In this document: in pieces, positions 19,801 to 28,291 of the stretch
How the letters are laid out: each line of letters opens with the position of its first letter
How positions within the stretch are numbered: position 1 is the first letter of the stretch
Notes under the pieces: generated by a model
The model's input: only the letters and a program-made list of their open reading frames with translations
Database searches by the model: none
Told to the model about the DNA's origin: nothing
Assembly: GCA_027083345.1 (NCBI GenBank)
Contig: JALWOZ010000012.1
Span: 4,025 to 68,024 of the forward strand
Reading direction: 5' to 3'
From: Candidatus Kaiserbacteria bacterium
GTDB lineage: Bacteria > Patescibacteriota > Minisyncoccia > Phycocordibacterales > UBA2100
DNA: 64,000 nucleotides
Program-made: the position numbers and the translations under genes

Positions 19801-21222
19801 ATGAAGAAGGCACATGTAATAGGAGTAAGTGGAGTAGCCATGAGCGCAACAGCCAAACTACTCCTAGACAAAGGTTGGGAGGTTACTGGCTCTGATGAAG
19901 CATGTTATCCACCTGCGAGTACTTATGTAGAGAAGCTTGGTTTTACATTCTACAAAGGCTATACTCCAAACAACATACCAAAAGATGTGGATCTAATAAT
20001 AGTAGGTCGCAACGCACAACTAGACCCAAAAGTTAATACTGAGGTTCAAGAAGCATTAAAGCTAAAGAATGCTGGCAAGGTTAATATACTATCTTACCCA
20101 CAAGCATTACGTGAGCTTAGTGATGGTATGAATAGAGTGGTTGTAGCCGGTAGTTATGGCAAAAGTACCGTAACATCTCTAATCTCTTATATACTTGTGC
20201 ACGCCGGTAAAGAACCCGGATACTTTATAGGAGCATACCCGAATGATATGGAATACACCTCAAACCTTGGCAAGGGTGAGGTTTTTGTAATGGAAGGAGA
20301 TGAGTACCCCACAGCGCATGGTGATAATCGCGCCAAATTCTTACACTATGAGCCTAACACCGTACTACTCACCTCTATAGACCATGACCATGTTAATGTT
20401 TACCCTACTTATGATGATTATAAAAAGCCTTTTATAAAGCTTCTACAAGGCTTGCCTAAGGACGGCCTGCTGGTAGCCTGCACAGACAATGTAGGAGTTA
20501 ATGAAGTTGGATATAATACAAATGCAGAGGTAGTAACATATGGAGTGTATAATGATGCAACCTGGACAGCACAAAATATAACCTACAGCGAGACAACTAC
20601 ATTTGAACTACGCAAAGACGGCATCACCATAACAAACCTGGAAACGCAATTACTGGGTAAACATAATGTACAGAATATCGTAGGGGCTTCGGCTCTGCTA
20701 CTCGAGAGGGGTCTCGTAACTCCTAATGAGCTTACTGATGCTATTAAGAACTTCAGTGGAGTAAAGCGCCGACTTAATAGAATCACAAACAATAACACTA
20801 TACCTGCCTACGAAGGCTTTGGCACCTCATATGAGAAGGCGCGTAGCGCCATAGGAGCAATAAAGTTGCATTATCCTAACAAAGACATGTTGATATTATT
20901 TGAGCCTCACACCTTTAGCTGGCGTAATAGAGATGCACTCTATTGGTATGATGATGTGTTTAGGGAGGCCTCTGCTGTACTCGTCTTCCACCCCGCTGAA
21001 CAAGGTGCAGGCACTCATAAACAACTCTCGCAAGCGGAGATTGTGGAGCGTATAAACAATAGTGGTGTACAGGCAATAGCAGTTAATAATGAGGAGGAAG
21101 TGCATGAGCAACTAAAAAGCCTAATAAACCCAAATACAACCTTATTAATCCTCTCTTCTGGTAACTTAGATGGAGCTCTAGACAACTTACCTAAGTGGCT
21201 CAATAAACTTAACATAAAATAA
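19801..21222 (+). CDS. mpl: Mur ligase family enzyme, most like UDP-N-acetylmuramate:tripeptide ligase Mpl / MurC.
   Basis: HVIGVSGVAMSATAKLL (MurC/Mpl N-terminus) and EGDEYPTA (Mpl-like EGDEYD) are present. The start was set at MKKAH (19801); the track ORF starts upstream inside rsmI. Confidence 0.65.
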   Translation: MKKAHVIGVSGVAMSATAKLLLDKGWEVTGSDEACYPPASTYVEKLGFTFYKGYTPNNIPKDVDLIIVGRNAQLDPKVNTEVQEALKLKNAGKVNILSYPQALRELSDGMNRVVVAGSYGKSTVTSLISYILVHAGKEPGYFIGAYPNDMEYTSNLGKGEVFVMEGDEYPTAHGDNRAKFLHYEPNTVLLTSIDHDHVNVYPTYDDYKKPFIKLLQGLPKDGLLVACTDNVGVNEVGYNTNAEVVTYGVYNDATWTAQNITYSETTTFELRKDGITITNLETQLLGKHNVQNIVGASALLLERGLVTPNELTDAIKNFSGVKRRLNRITNNNTIPAYEGFGTSYEKARSAIGAIKLHYPNKDMLILFEPHTFSWRNRDALYWYDDVFREASAVLVFHPAEQGAGTHKQLSQAEIVERINNSGVQAIAVNNEEEVHEQLKSLINPNTTLLILSSGNLDGALDNLPKWLNKLNIK

Positions 21223-21223
21223 T

Positions 21224-21982
21224 ATGAAGTTATTTAGTAGTGAATTTGCACATAACTACGGTACGTACTCTTTTGGATATTGTAACTATTGTAAATATGA
21301 AGCCGGAGACTCTCTTAGTGAGATATACAATAAAGGCTACTTACCCTACTCGGGCTCTAGTGATGTTTTTGATACTTTCTATATGGCGCGTAGTACCCGT
21401 CTATATTTAAAAGACTGGAAACCCAATAGTGAGAACCGCAGAGTATTGCGCAAACACAAAGATACATTTAAGCGTACAAAATATATAAAAAGAGACTTTA
21501 CTATAAGTGAAGATTTTAAAGAGTTTTGCTTAAACTACTTTAAAGAACATCATGGCAAACACACAATGCCAAAAGGGCGTCTAGAGCATATCTTGCAAGA
21601 ACAAGCCCTTACACACATTGTACAATACGATGTTGCCGGAGAATTGGCAGGCTATGTATTTTTAGCTCAAGACGCAGATATTACCCATATATGGTTCTAC
21701 TTCTACGCTCCTGAATATTCTAAAAACTCTTTTGGTATGTGGGTTATGCTTAATGAGGCTCTAGAAGCTCAAAAAGATGGGCAAGTATATTTTTATCTTG
21801 GTACAGCATATGGAGACAAATCAAGATACAAAATGAACTTTTCTAACCTGGAGTTTTGGGATGGTGCTATTTGGCAACAAGACAAGAAAAATAATGAGGT
21901 TAAAGCCCGCATAAAAAATGACCACTTAGACCTAGTAGACTCTACAGACAACTTTAAAAAGAGTAAGTATAACTTCTTTTAA
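21224..21982 (+). CDS. bpt: ATE/Bpt-family aminoacyl-tRNA--protein transferase (an N-degron pathway enzyme).
   Basis: The N-terminal FGYCNYC and the C-terminal block FYAPEYSKNSFGMWVMLNEALEAQKDGQVYFYLGTAY...YKMNFSNLEFW are collinear with Bpt/ATE_C. Confidence 0.5.
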   Translation: MKLFSSEFAHNYGTYSFGYCNYCKYEAGDSLSEIYNKGYLPYSGSSDVFDTFYMARSTRLYLKDWKPNSENRRVLRKHKDTFKRTKYIKRDFTISEDFKEFCLNYFKEHHGKHTMPKGRLEHILQEQALTHIVQYDVAGELAGYVFLAQDADITHIWFYFYAPEYSKNSFGMWVMLNEALEAQKDGQVYFYLGTAYGDKSRYKMNFSNLEFWDGAIWQQDKKNNEVKARIKNDHLDLVDSTDNFKKSKYNFF

Positions 21983-22062
21983 AAAACAATTTACTTGTAT
22001 AAGCCAATCATCTGTAGTATAAACACATACGGACAATAAAAATTGAAAAAAGGAGTCTTAAA

Positions 22063-22839
22063 ATGGTTTATCAGTTTAGTATACCTCGCTCGGATATTTG
22101 GGTGAGCATTTTTGATCCCAGTTACGGGGTCAAGATTGATCGCAAAAATTTTGATACCTTCCGACCAATTGCGGCAAAACTACCTAAGTGGGTCAAGCAT
22201 CTGTATATGCCGAAACCTACGCAATTCAACGCAAAAGTCGTTGAGCCTCCCGACTTTTGGGAGAGCTTCAATGTAGGGAGGGTCAAGGTGCATCAAGGCG
22301 TACTCGCTGACGGGTGCATTATACCGCCCAAAAGCGCCTTCGCCGTGACCTCGGCCGATTGCCCAACAATCGTTGCCTATGGCAACGATATTAACGGCCA
22401 TTTGCAGGTTGTCGCGGCGCACGCCGGGCGCGACAGCTTGGTAAAAGGCACTGACATCATGTCTATGTCAGACAAGAGTGTAGTCGCAAATGCTGTGGGC
22501 AAACTGACATCGGCTGGTGTGCCTGCAAAAAAAGTGCATATGCACATTTACTGTGGCATCCGAACGGGGTTTACTCACCCGCTGGATCACCCCCAGTATG
22601 GAGCGAAGAACCGGAGGCTCTTTGTGTATGCAAATATGTACAAAGGAGCTATTCGCAACGAAGAGACTTGCGAGATTGACCTCTATGAGCTCATTAGGGG
22701 TCAGGCCATGGACTGTGATGTGCTGCCCAAAAATGTCGTATTTGACGACGTTGACACCGGCGCGGACAAGCGCTGGGCAAGTACCAGTCGTGAGCCCGGC
22801 ACAGACAAGAGGAATCTTGTCATCGTGTGCCGAGGATGA
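22063..22839 (+). CDS. YfiH/PgeF (Cu-oxidase_4/DUF152)-like protein; compositionally foreign (GC-rich).
   Basis: VTSADCPTIVAY (T-A-D-C-x-P) followed by AAHAGRDS (like HAGWRG) are present. There is a strong SD (aaaggag) 7 nt upstream. GC is markedly above the local background by eye. Confidence 0.4.
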   Translation: MVYQFSIPRSDIWVSIFDPSYGVKIDRKNFDTFRPIAAKLPKWVKHLYMPKPTQFNAKVVEPPDFWESFNVGRVKVHQGVLADGCIIPPKSAFAVTSADCPTIVAYGNDINGHLQVVAAHAGRDSLVKGTDIMSMSDKSVVANAVGKLTSAGVPAKKVHMHIYCGIRTGFTHPLDHPQYGAKNRRLFVYANMYKGAIRNEETCEIDLYELIRGQAMDCDVLPKNVVFDDVDTGADKRWASTSREPGTDKRNLVIVCRG

Positions 22840-22847
22840 GAATCAAC

Positions 22848-22876
22848 AAGCGCGGACTCTGCGGAGCCCGCGCTTT
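22848..22876 (+). terminator. GC-rich hairpin terminator after the YfiH-like gene.
   Basis: The sequence aagcgcgg-N12-ccgcgcttt is followed by T's. Confidence 0.5.
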
Positions 22877-22883
22877 AACAATG

Positions 22884-22957
22884 TACGCGTACCAGGATTC
22901 GAACCTGGGACCTCATCAGTATCAGTGATGCGCTCTAACCAACTGAGCTATACGCGT
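22884..22957 (-). tRNA. tRNA-Ile (anticodon GAT).
   Basis: Manual fold: acceptor ACGCGTA/TACGCGT, D-arm GCTC/GAGC, anticodon stem CATCA/TGATG with loop CTGATAC, T-arm CCAGG-TTCGAAT-CCTGG. Confidence 0.75.
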
Positions 22958-23006
22958 ATAACGATAAATACTGTGCGAAGAAGTATATCAGACTTTTTGT
23001 AGATTT

Positions 23007-23822
23007 CTACCTATCTAAGCCCTCGCCTAATCTACTATAATTCTTAATAACCTCACCACAATGACGACAATGTACTGCATCAAGTTCATGCATTGAGAGA
23101 CCACATTTACTGCACTTGACATGTGCCCTCTTACCTCGGAATACGGCTCTGGACATATGCATAAAGAGCAAGATGCCGACAACCATTGCAACAACAGAGA
23201 TAAGCTTCCCTCCCTGCCCAACCACTGTAACATCTCCATAGCCTGTGGTGGTCAGAGTAGAAACTGCAAAATACAATGCATCTATATATGTATTAATATT
23301 AGGATTATGAGTAACTTGAGAAGCATAAATAACAGCAGTGGTTACCAATAAAAATATAATAAAGTTAATAACACTAGCCACTATATCCCAATTACGCGCA
23401 ACTACCTGACTCTGGATTTTAGACAAATTCATTATCCTGTATATACGAAATACTCGTATCCACTTTATAAGCCTAAGTGCTGCAAAATTACCAACAAACA
23501 ATGGCATAAAAAGCGAACCTATAACAAGAACGTCTATAAGACTAAACAAATTGAAAACAAATTTAACCTTTTTAGGTGATACCCATAATTGAGCCAAATA
23601 TTCTAATGTAAACACTAAACCAAAAAACACTTCTATACTCTTGATAAGCCAATGTCTCTCAGGGAAAGCTACCTCTATTATAAACAAAGAGAAAACAAAA
23701 AGGTTAACAATTATCAATATAATATAAAACTGCTGACTTTGCTTGCTCTTACCCGCAAACAGACTACGCACCTTCTTCTTTAACTTGTCCCTAGTTTTTT
23801 GCTGATCTTTTTTAACTGTCAT
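23007..23822 (-). CDS. Voltage-gated-type potassium channel (6TM) with a C-terminal zinc-ribbon.
   Basis: It has the K+ selectivity filter TTTGYGDV and an S4-like segment with R at every third position (LRLIKWIRVFRIYRI). The C-terminal sequence CSKCGLSMHELDAVHCRHCGEV forms a Cys4 ribbon. Confidence 0.65.
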   Translation of the reverse strand: MTVKKDQQKTRDKLKKKVRSLFAGKSKQSQQFYIILIIVNLFVFSLFIIEVAFPERHWLIKSIEVFFGLVFTLEYLAQLWVSPKKVKFVFNLFSLIDVLVIGSLFMPLFVGNFAALRLIKWIRVFRIYRIMNLSKIQSQVVARNWDIVASVINFIIFLLVTTAVIYASQVTHNPNINTYIDALYFAVSTLTTTGYGDVTVVGQGGKLISVVAMVVGILLFMHMSRAVFRGKRAHVKCSKCGLSMHELDAVHCRHCGEVIKNYSRLGEGLDR

Positions 23823-23900
23823 ACGTATACCACTACTTAAAGACTACTTTTGTACCCTTAAGTGTAGCATGTATTATACCACTTTCTTTAAGAACTTGCT

Positions 23901-25700
23901 CTACTGAATATATGGCGCTCGCGGAGTACCATTCCATCGAACGTATTCAACTTCAACATCAGGTTTGGCGTTTGGTACAGGGAAACCTAAATTGCTACCG
24001 AAAAACAATCTACTATATAATTTTGAGCCGTCAAACCCACATACATACGGCGCAACATCTCCCCCTATATGATAATCATAAATAACAGGTATAGGATTAT
24101 CGTCAAGATACACATATGCATAAATACTCTCTTTAGGCAAAACTAAACGTATTTTATGGAACTTGTCAGTCAAGTCTGTTTTATATGTATCAAACCCTAC
24201 TCCAAGCGTACCTGAAGACATAGTAATACCATCCGGAGACAAACTAAGGGTTACTGTGCCAAACTGACTAAGATAAGAAACTACCCAAGCATTACTGTCG
24301 CTGTTAGGTTTAACACGTGCTTTTACCTCTAATGTAATACCGCTAGTGCCTGTAGTACCACTTGGACTACATACCATATGTGAAGAAGCATCATTCCAAA
24401 GAGTTGTATTTGGTAAAGATCCCGCAACCACACCCTGTCCTCCATACAAAGCACCGTTAAACCCTTGTACAGAATTAATCATGCCAGAGAAAGCCTCGCT
24501 AATCGAAGCACTAATCGGCAAAGATGGTATTGTTGGTTTTTGTTGTACTGGCGTTAATCTCTGAGAAGGTGCGAAGCTACCTAATCTATATTTAACATAA
24601 TCTATCACATATGCTGCATTTTTATCCGGAGCATTGCTTGCATCTCCTATAAGTAACTGGGGATATTTATAATAAGTCTGCAACTCTTGAGAAAGGCTAT
24701 TTTGAGTAGGAGCCATAGCATACCCAGCCTCTACACCATCAATATAAACATGCATCCTATATGCAGACCCTTGTTTATTGCTTTGTGTAATCCGTATAGT
24801 ATGGAACTTTGATCCTCCTCCAAAATCTCTCGTAAACACATTATCATCTACGTCTCCAGTCCCTACACGAACAGTACCTATACGAGAATTCCAAGTAGGA
24901 GTTAGTGAGACTCTCCATTGAGCACGACCTTTCTCTCCAACAAAACTAACTATAAAACCATCTTTATCTGTTTGCTCATATAATTTAACTCGCATCTCTA
25001 CGGTCATTCCTTTATCTACTGCACTATCAAGCAGAGGATCACGAATCCAAAAATTACCTGTCTCTAATTTATCTATAGCCCGATACCCCACATCATACGT
25101 GTCGACATCCATAAAACCACGTGATGGATAATTTAACCGTTGTGAGGCACTAAATAAAGGTTTGCCTGTATTGGCCATATAATTCCAATCATCCGGTCCT
25201 CCAATATCCCACCTAAAGGGATTTGGTACATTATCTGATGGAGTATCTGAACCATCAAATACATTATGCCACAAACCTCCATCAAACGTATAATTCCACA
25301 TAGCGGAACGTTCATTTATAAACGTTTGAGAATCTTGAGATTGGCATGTTGCATTTGTGTATGAACCATCCAATATCCCATCTATACAAGTCCTAACCTG
25401 ACTTTGACATTGACTGCCGTAAGGTACTGTCGAATCTTTATATGCTATTACATTACTCCCATGCGCTATGGTCTGCCCACCAAAAATACAAGACTTAGGA
25501 GCAACACACGACTGTTTAGATGAAGCTGAATAAGCATTCAATTCTCTCTTTAATTCAACAATTTGAGTTTGCAGCAACCCTATTATCTTAAGTAGAGACT
25601 GAATTTGATTAAATAATACGTCTGCCGTAACTGCACGAGCTGTTACAGGCAATACAAAAAATATTGCGACTATTAATAGTGTTAATATTGTCTTTCTCAT
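23901..25700 (-). CDS. Large secreted hypothetical protein with a signal peptide and an N-proximal coiled coil.
   Basis: MRKTILTLLIVAIFFVLPVTARA looks like a signal peptide. No recognisable catalytic motif was found. The start was chosen at the ATG at 25700; the track extends to a TTG at 25727. Confidence 0.4.
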   Translation of the reverse strand: MRKTILTLLIVAIFFVLPVTARAVTADVLFNQIQSLLKIIGLLQTQIVELKRELNAYSASSKQSCVAPKSCIFGGQTIAHGSNVIAYKDSTVPYGSQCQSQVRTCIDGILDGSYTNATCQSQDSQTFINERSAMWNYTFDGGLWHNVFDGSDTPSDNVPNPFRWDIGGPDDWNYMANTGKPLFSASQRLNYPSRGFMDVDTYDVGYRAIDKLETGNFWIRDPLLDSAVDKGMTVEMRVKLYEQTDKDGFIVSFVGEKGRAQWRVSLTPTWNSRIGTVRVGTGDVDDNVFTRDFGGGSKFHTIRITQSNKQGSAYRMHVYIDGVEAGYAMAPTQNSLSQELQTYYKYPQLLIGDASNAPDKNAAYVIDYVKYRLGSFAPSQRLTPVQQKPTIPSLPISASISEAFSGMINSVQGFNGALYGGQGVVAGSLPNTTLWNDASSHMVCSPSGTTGTSGITLEVKARVKPNSDSNAWVVSYLSQFGTVTLSLSPDGITMSSGTLGVGFDTYKTDLTDKFHKIRLVLPKESIYAYVYLDDNPIPVIYDYHIGGDVAPYVCGFDGSKLYSRLFFGSNLGFPVPNAKPDVEVEYVRWNGTPRAPYIQ

Positions 25701-25713
25701 AAACTGTAGTGTA

Positions 25714-25793
25714 ACATATGTAATCAATATAACTACTACTTTATACTAACACAACACTACTATACATATGTTATCAATTAATGTTGTCAATTA
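25714..25793. repeat. Three copies of an ATGTWATCAAT(TA) motif upstream of the secreted-protein gene. Two copies are tandem 13-mers (25768-25780 and 25781-25793) and one copy lies at about 25714-25728.
   Basis: Direct repeats are visible in the sequence, with 12/13 and 14/15 identities. They are a candidate operator or promoter element. Confidence 0.35.
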
Positions 25794-27931
25794 AAGATAA
25801 TTTTATCACCCTTAAGTGTAGCACGGATTGTATCACCGTCTTCAAACTTACCTCCAATAAGTGCCATTGCCAGCTCATCTAAGAGCTCTGTCTGTACGGC
25901 CCTCTTGAGCGGACGCGCACCGTACGCTGGGTCATAACCAACCTTTGCTATATGATCTTTAACAGCGTCATCTACCTCTAGGGTAATATTGCGCTCGTCT
26001 TTAATACTCTTTATTACTTGCTTGATTTGTATCTCTGCTATCTGTCGTAACATCTCTTTATCAAGAGCTGTAAATTGCACTATGTCGTCAATTCTATTCA
26101 AAAACTCTGGCCTAAAGTGCACTCTCACAGCATCCATCACCTTCTTCTCAGCACTCTTATCTACCTTGCCATCTTTGTCTCCAAGTAAGAATTCACTACC
26201 GATGTTACTTGTGAGTATGATTATTGTATTACTGAAGTTGACAGTCCTGCCATGATTGTCTGTGAGTCTACCATCGTCAAGAACCTGCAAGAGTAAGTTA
26301 AATACCTCCGGGTGAGCCTTCTCAACCTCATCAAAGAGCACTACTGAGTATGGCCTACGGCGCACAGGCTCTGTGAGTTGCCCTCCCTCCTCGTGACCGA
26401 TGTAGCCAGGAGGCGCACCTATAAGCCTGGCTACAGAGTGCTTCTCCATATACTCACTCATATCTATCCTCACCATCGCCTTCTTGGAGTCAAAGAGCTC
26501 TAGTGCAAGCGCTCTTGCAAGCTCCGTCTTGCCGACCCCTGTAGGCCCAAGGAAGAGAAATGAACCAATGGGCTTCTCATGACTCTTGAGGCCAGCGCGA
26601 CTCCTGCGCACCGCACGCGCCACAGCGCTCACAGCCTCCTCTTGCCCTACAACATGCTTTTGCAATTGCTCCTCAAGCTTTGTCAACTTGTCTGCCTCGG
26701 CCTCTACAAGGCGCTCGCTTGGTATACCCGTCCAGTGAGCCACTACCTTTGCCACATCCTCCTCTGTCACTTCCTCACGGATCATACGCTTGCTCTCTGG
26801 TATGACCTCAAGCTCCTTCTGCAACTCTGCTATCTCCTTCTCTAGCTTTGGTATTTTATTATATTGTATTTCCGCAACCTTCTCATATAGTGCCTCACGC
26901 TCATACTGCTCCATCTCCGTCCTTAAGTAGTCTATCTTCTCAGCAACCTCTTTTTGTTTGGCCAGAGCCTCCTTCTCCTTCTTCCACTGCTCCATCTCTT
27001 TATCATTCTCCTCTTTGAGATTTTTGATCCTCTCCTCTATTTTTTGCAATTTCTCTTTATTCTTTGTGCCTTTCTCTTTCTTTAGCATCTCCTTCTCTAT
27101 CTCTAGGCGGGCTATCTCTCTGTTGGCACTGTCTAGCACAGCAGGCATACTCTCTGCCTCTGTCTTAAGCACGCTTGTGGCTTCATCTACCAAATCTATT
27201 GCCTTATCTGGTAAAAAGCGGTCTGAGATGTACCTGTCTGAGAGCTTAGCGGCAGCCACAAGAGCCTCATCTGAGATGCGTACTCCGTGGTGTACCTCAT
27301 ACTTCTCTTTAAGCCCTCGCAAGATTGCTATTGTGTCCTCCACACTCGGCTCACCAACATATACTGGCTGGAAGCGTCGCTCTAACGCCTGATCCTTCTC
27401 TATATATTGTCTGTACTCCTCTAGGGTAGTGGCTCCTATCATATGTAACTGCCCGCGCGCAAGCATGGGCTTAAGCATATTGGCCGCGTCCATTGCTCCG
27501 CTTGTTTTGCCTGCTCCAACTATAGTGTGGAGCTCGTCTATAAAGAGTATTATCTGTCCCTGAGCCTTCTCCACCTCCTCAAGGAGCTTCTGCAAGCGCT
27601 CCTCAAACTCACCTTGATACTTGGCCCCTGCTATGAGGCTACTCATCTCTATCCCTACCACTCTCTTATCTTTAATACTCTCTGGTACATCTCCTGCAAT
27701 TATCCTCTGTGCTAACCCCTCCACTATAGCCGTCTTACCGACTCCGGGCTCGCCAATGAGCACGGGGTTGTTCTTACGCCTCCTGGCAAGCACCTGCATC
27801 ATACGACGCACCTCCTCGTCTCTACCTATCACCGGGTCGAGCTTACCCTCCTTGGCAAGTGCTGTGAAGTCTGTACCGTACTTCTCTAACACACTCTCAT
27901 TTTGACCTTGTTGTGATTGTTGGTTTGGCAT
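25787..27931 (-). CDS. clpB: Clp/Hsp100 AAA+ chaperone, ClpB-like, with a long coiled-coil M-domain and two AAA modules; no N-terminal domain.
   Basis: It has two Walker A motifs ([18 protein letters not shown] and [15 protein letters not shown]), a long KE-rich coiled-coil middle region, and a C-terminal D2 small domain. At 714 aa it is shorter than canonical ClpB. Confidence 0.8.
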   Translation of the reverse strand: MPNQQSQQGQNESVLEKYGTDFTALAKEGKLDPVIGRDEEVRRMMQVLARRRKNNPVLIGEPGVGKTAIVEGLAQRIIAGDVPESIKDKRVVGIEMSSLIAGAKYQGEFEERLQKLLEEVEKAQGQIILFIDELHTIVGAGKTSGAMDAANMLKPMLARGQLHMIGATTLEEYRQYIEKDQALERRFQPVYVGEPSVEDTIAILRGLKEKYEVHHGVRISDEALVAAAKLSDRYISDRFLPDKAIDLVDEATSVLKTEAESMPAVLDSANREIARLEIEKEMLKKEKGTKNKEKLQKIEERIKNLKEENDKEMEQWKKEKEALAKQKEVAEKIDYLRTEMEQYEREALYEKVAEIQYNKIPKLEKEIAELQKELEVIPESKRMIREEVTEEDVAKVVAHWTGIPSERLVEAEADKLTKLEEQLQKHVVGQEEAVSAVARAVRRSRAGLKSHEKPIGSFLFLGPTGVGKTELARALALELFDSKKAMVRIDMSEYMEKHSVARLIGAPPGYIGHEEGGQLTEPVRRRPYSVVLFDEVEKAHPEVFNLLLQVLDDGRLTDNHGRTVNFSNTIIILTSNIGSEFLLGDKDGKVDKSAEKKVMDAVRVHFRPEFLNRIDDIVQFTALDKEMLRQIAEIQIKQVIKSIKDERNITLEVDDAVKDHIAKVGYDPAYGARPLKRAVQTELLDELAMALIGGKFEDGDTIRATLKGDKIIFN

Positions 27932-27967
27932 AAGCTCTATAGATTAGTTAATAATTTTAATATTTAT

Positions 27968-27995
27968 ATTATACACCGCCTGTCAAGTATCACAA
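27968..27995 (-). promoter_or_regulatory. Candidate clpB promoter (TTGTGA, 16 nt spacer, TATAAT on the minus strand), about 35 nt upstream of the ATG.
   Basis: A perfect -10 hexamer was read from the reverse complement of 27968-27973. The -35 is moderate. Confidence 0.35.
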
Positions 27996-28085
27996 AAACT
28001 TGCAAATTGCTCTCTCTCTTGGTATTTTTGTCTTTAGAGTCACAATAGCAATTCCGCCAGTGGCAAAAACAAGGAGGAAAAAAAT

Positions 28086-28232
28086 ATGGGGAGAAAGATG
28101 AGAACAGCCCCTCAGAAAAAACACGCAATGAGGGGATTCGTACCTCGTTGCGGAAGGGGGTCTAACGGCCCCAAGAAAATGAAAGCTCGGTGCTGTCTGA
28201 GTAGACACAGGCGTAGGAGGAAACCTGTATGA
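28086..28232 (+). other. GC-rich small ORF (48 codons) preceded by a strong SD and encoding a very basic Cys-containing peptide (MGRKMRTAPQKKHAMRGFVPRCGRGSNGPKKMKARCCLSRHRRRRKPV). It could instead be a structured ncRNA.
   Basis: AAGGAGG lies 8 nt before the ATG at 28086, the frame is open to the TGA at 28230-28232, and a hairpin terminator follows about 30 nt later. It is below the ORF-track size cutoff. Arg-rich ORFs can arise by chance in GC/purine-rich DNA. Confidence 0.25.
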
Positions 28233-28262
28233 TCTCTCAATGAACATCAAAGGAACATCAAA

Positions 28263-28291
28263 GCCCCAAGATAGTAATATCTTGGGGCTTT
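28263..28291. terminator. Perfect hairpin gccccaagata-gtaa-tatcttggggc flanked by AAA and TTT. It is a candidate terminator for the 16S transcript (minus strand) and/or the small plus-strand cassette.
   Basis: The inverted repeat is visible. The U-tracts are short (3 nt) on both sides. Confidence 0.45.

Noticed and set aside
27990-28250. 86-aa minus-strand ORF in the 16S trailer / GC-rich cassette
   Set aside because: Pro/Ser/Arg-rich low-complexity translation with no start context. It overlaps the better-supported SD-led plus-strand small ORF and the hairpin structures.
28080-28260. Identification of the GC-rich region as 5S rRNA, SRP RNA, tmRNA or RNase P RNA
   Set aside because: None of the diagnostic motifs (5S CCGAAC loop, SRP GGAAG/AGCAG domain IV, tmRNA GGGG...tRNA-like ends with CCA, RNase P GGAAAGUCCGGGC) could be found on either strand by eye.
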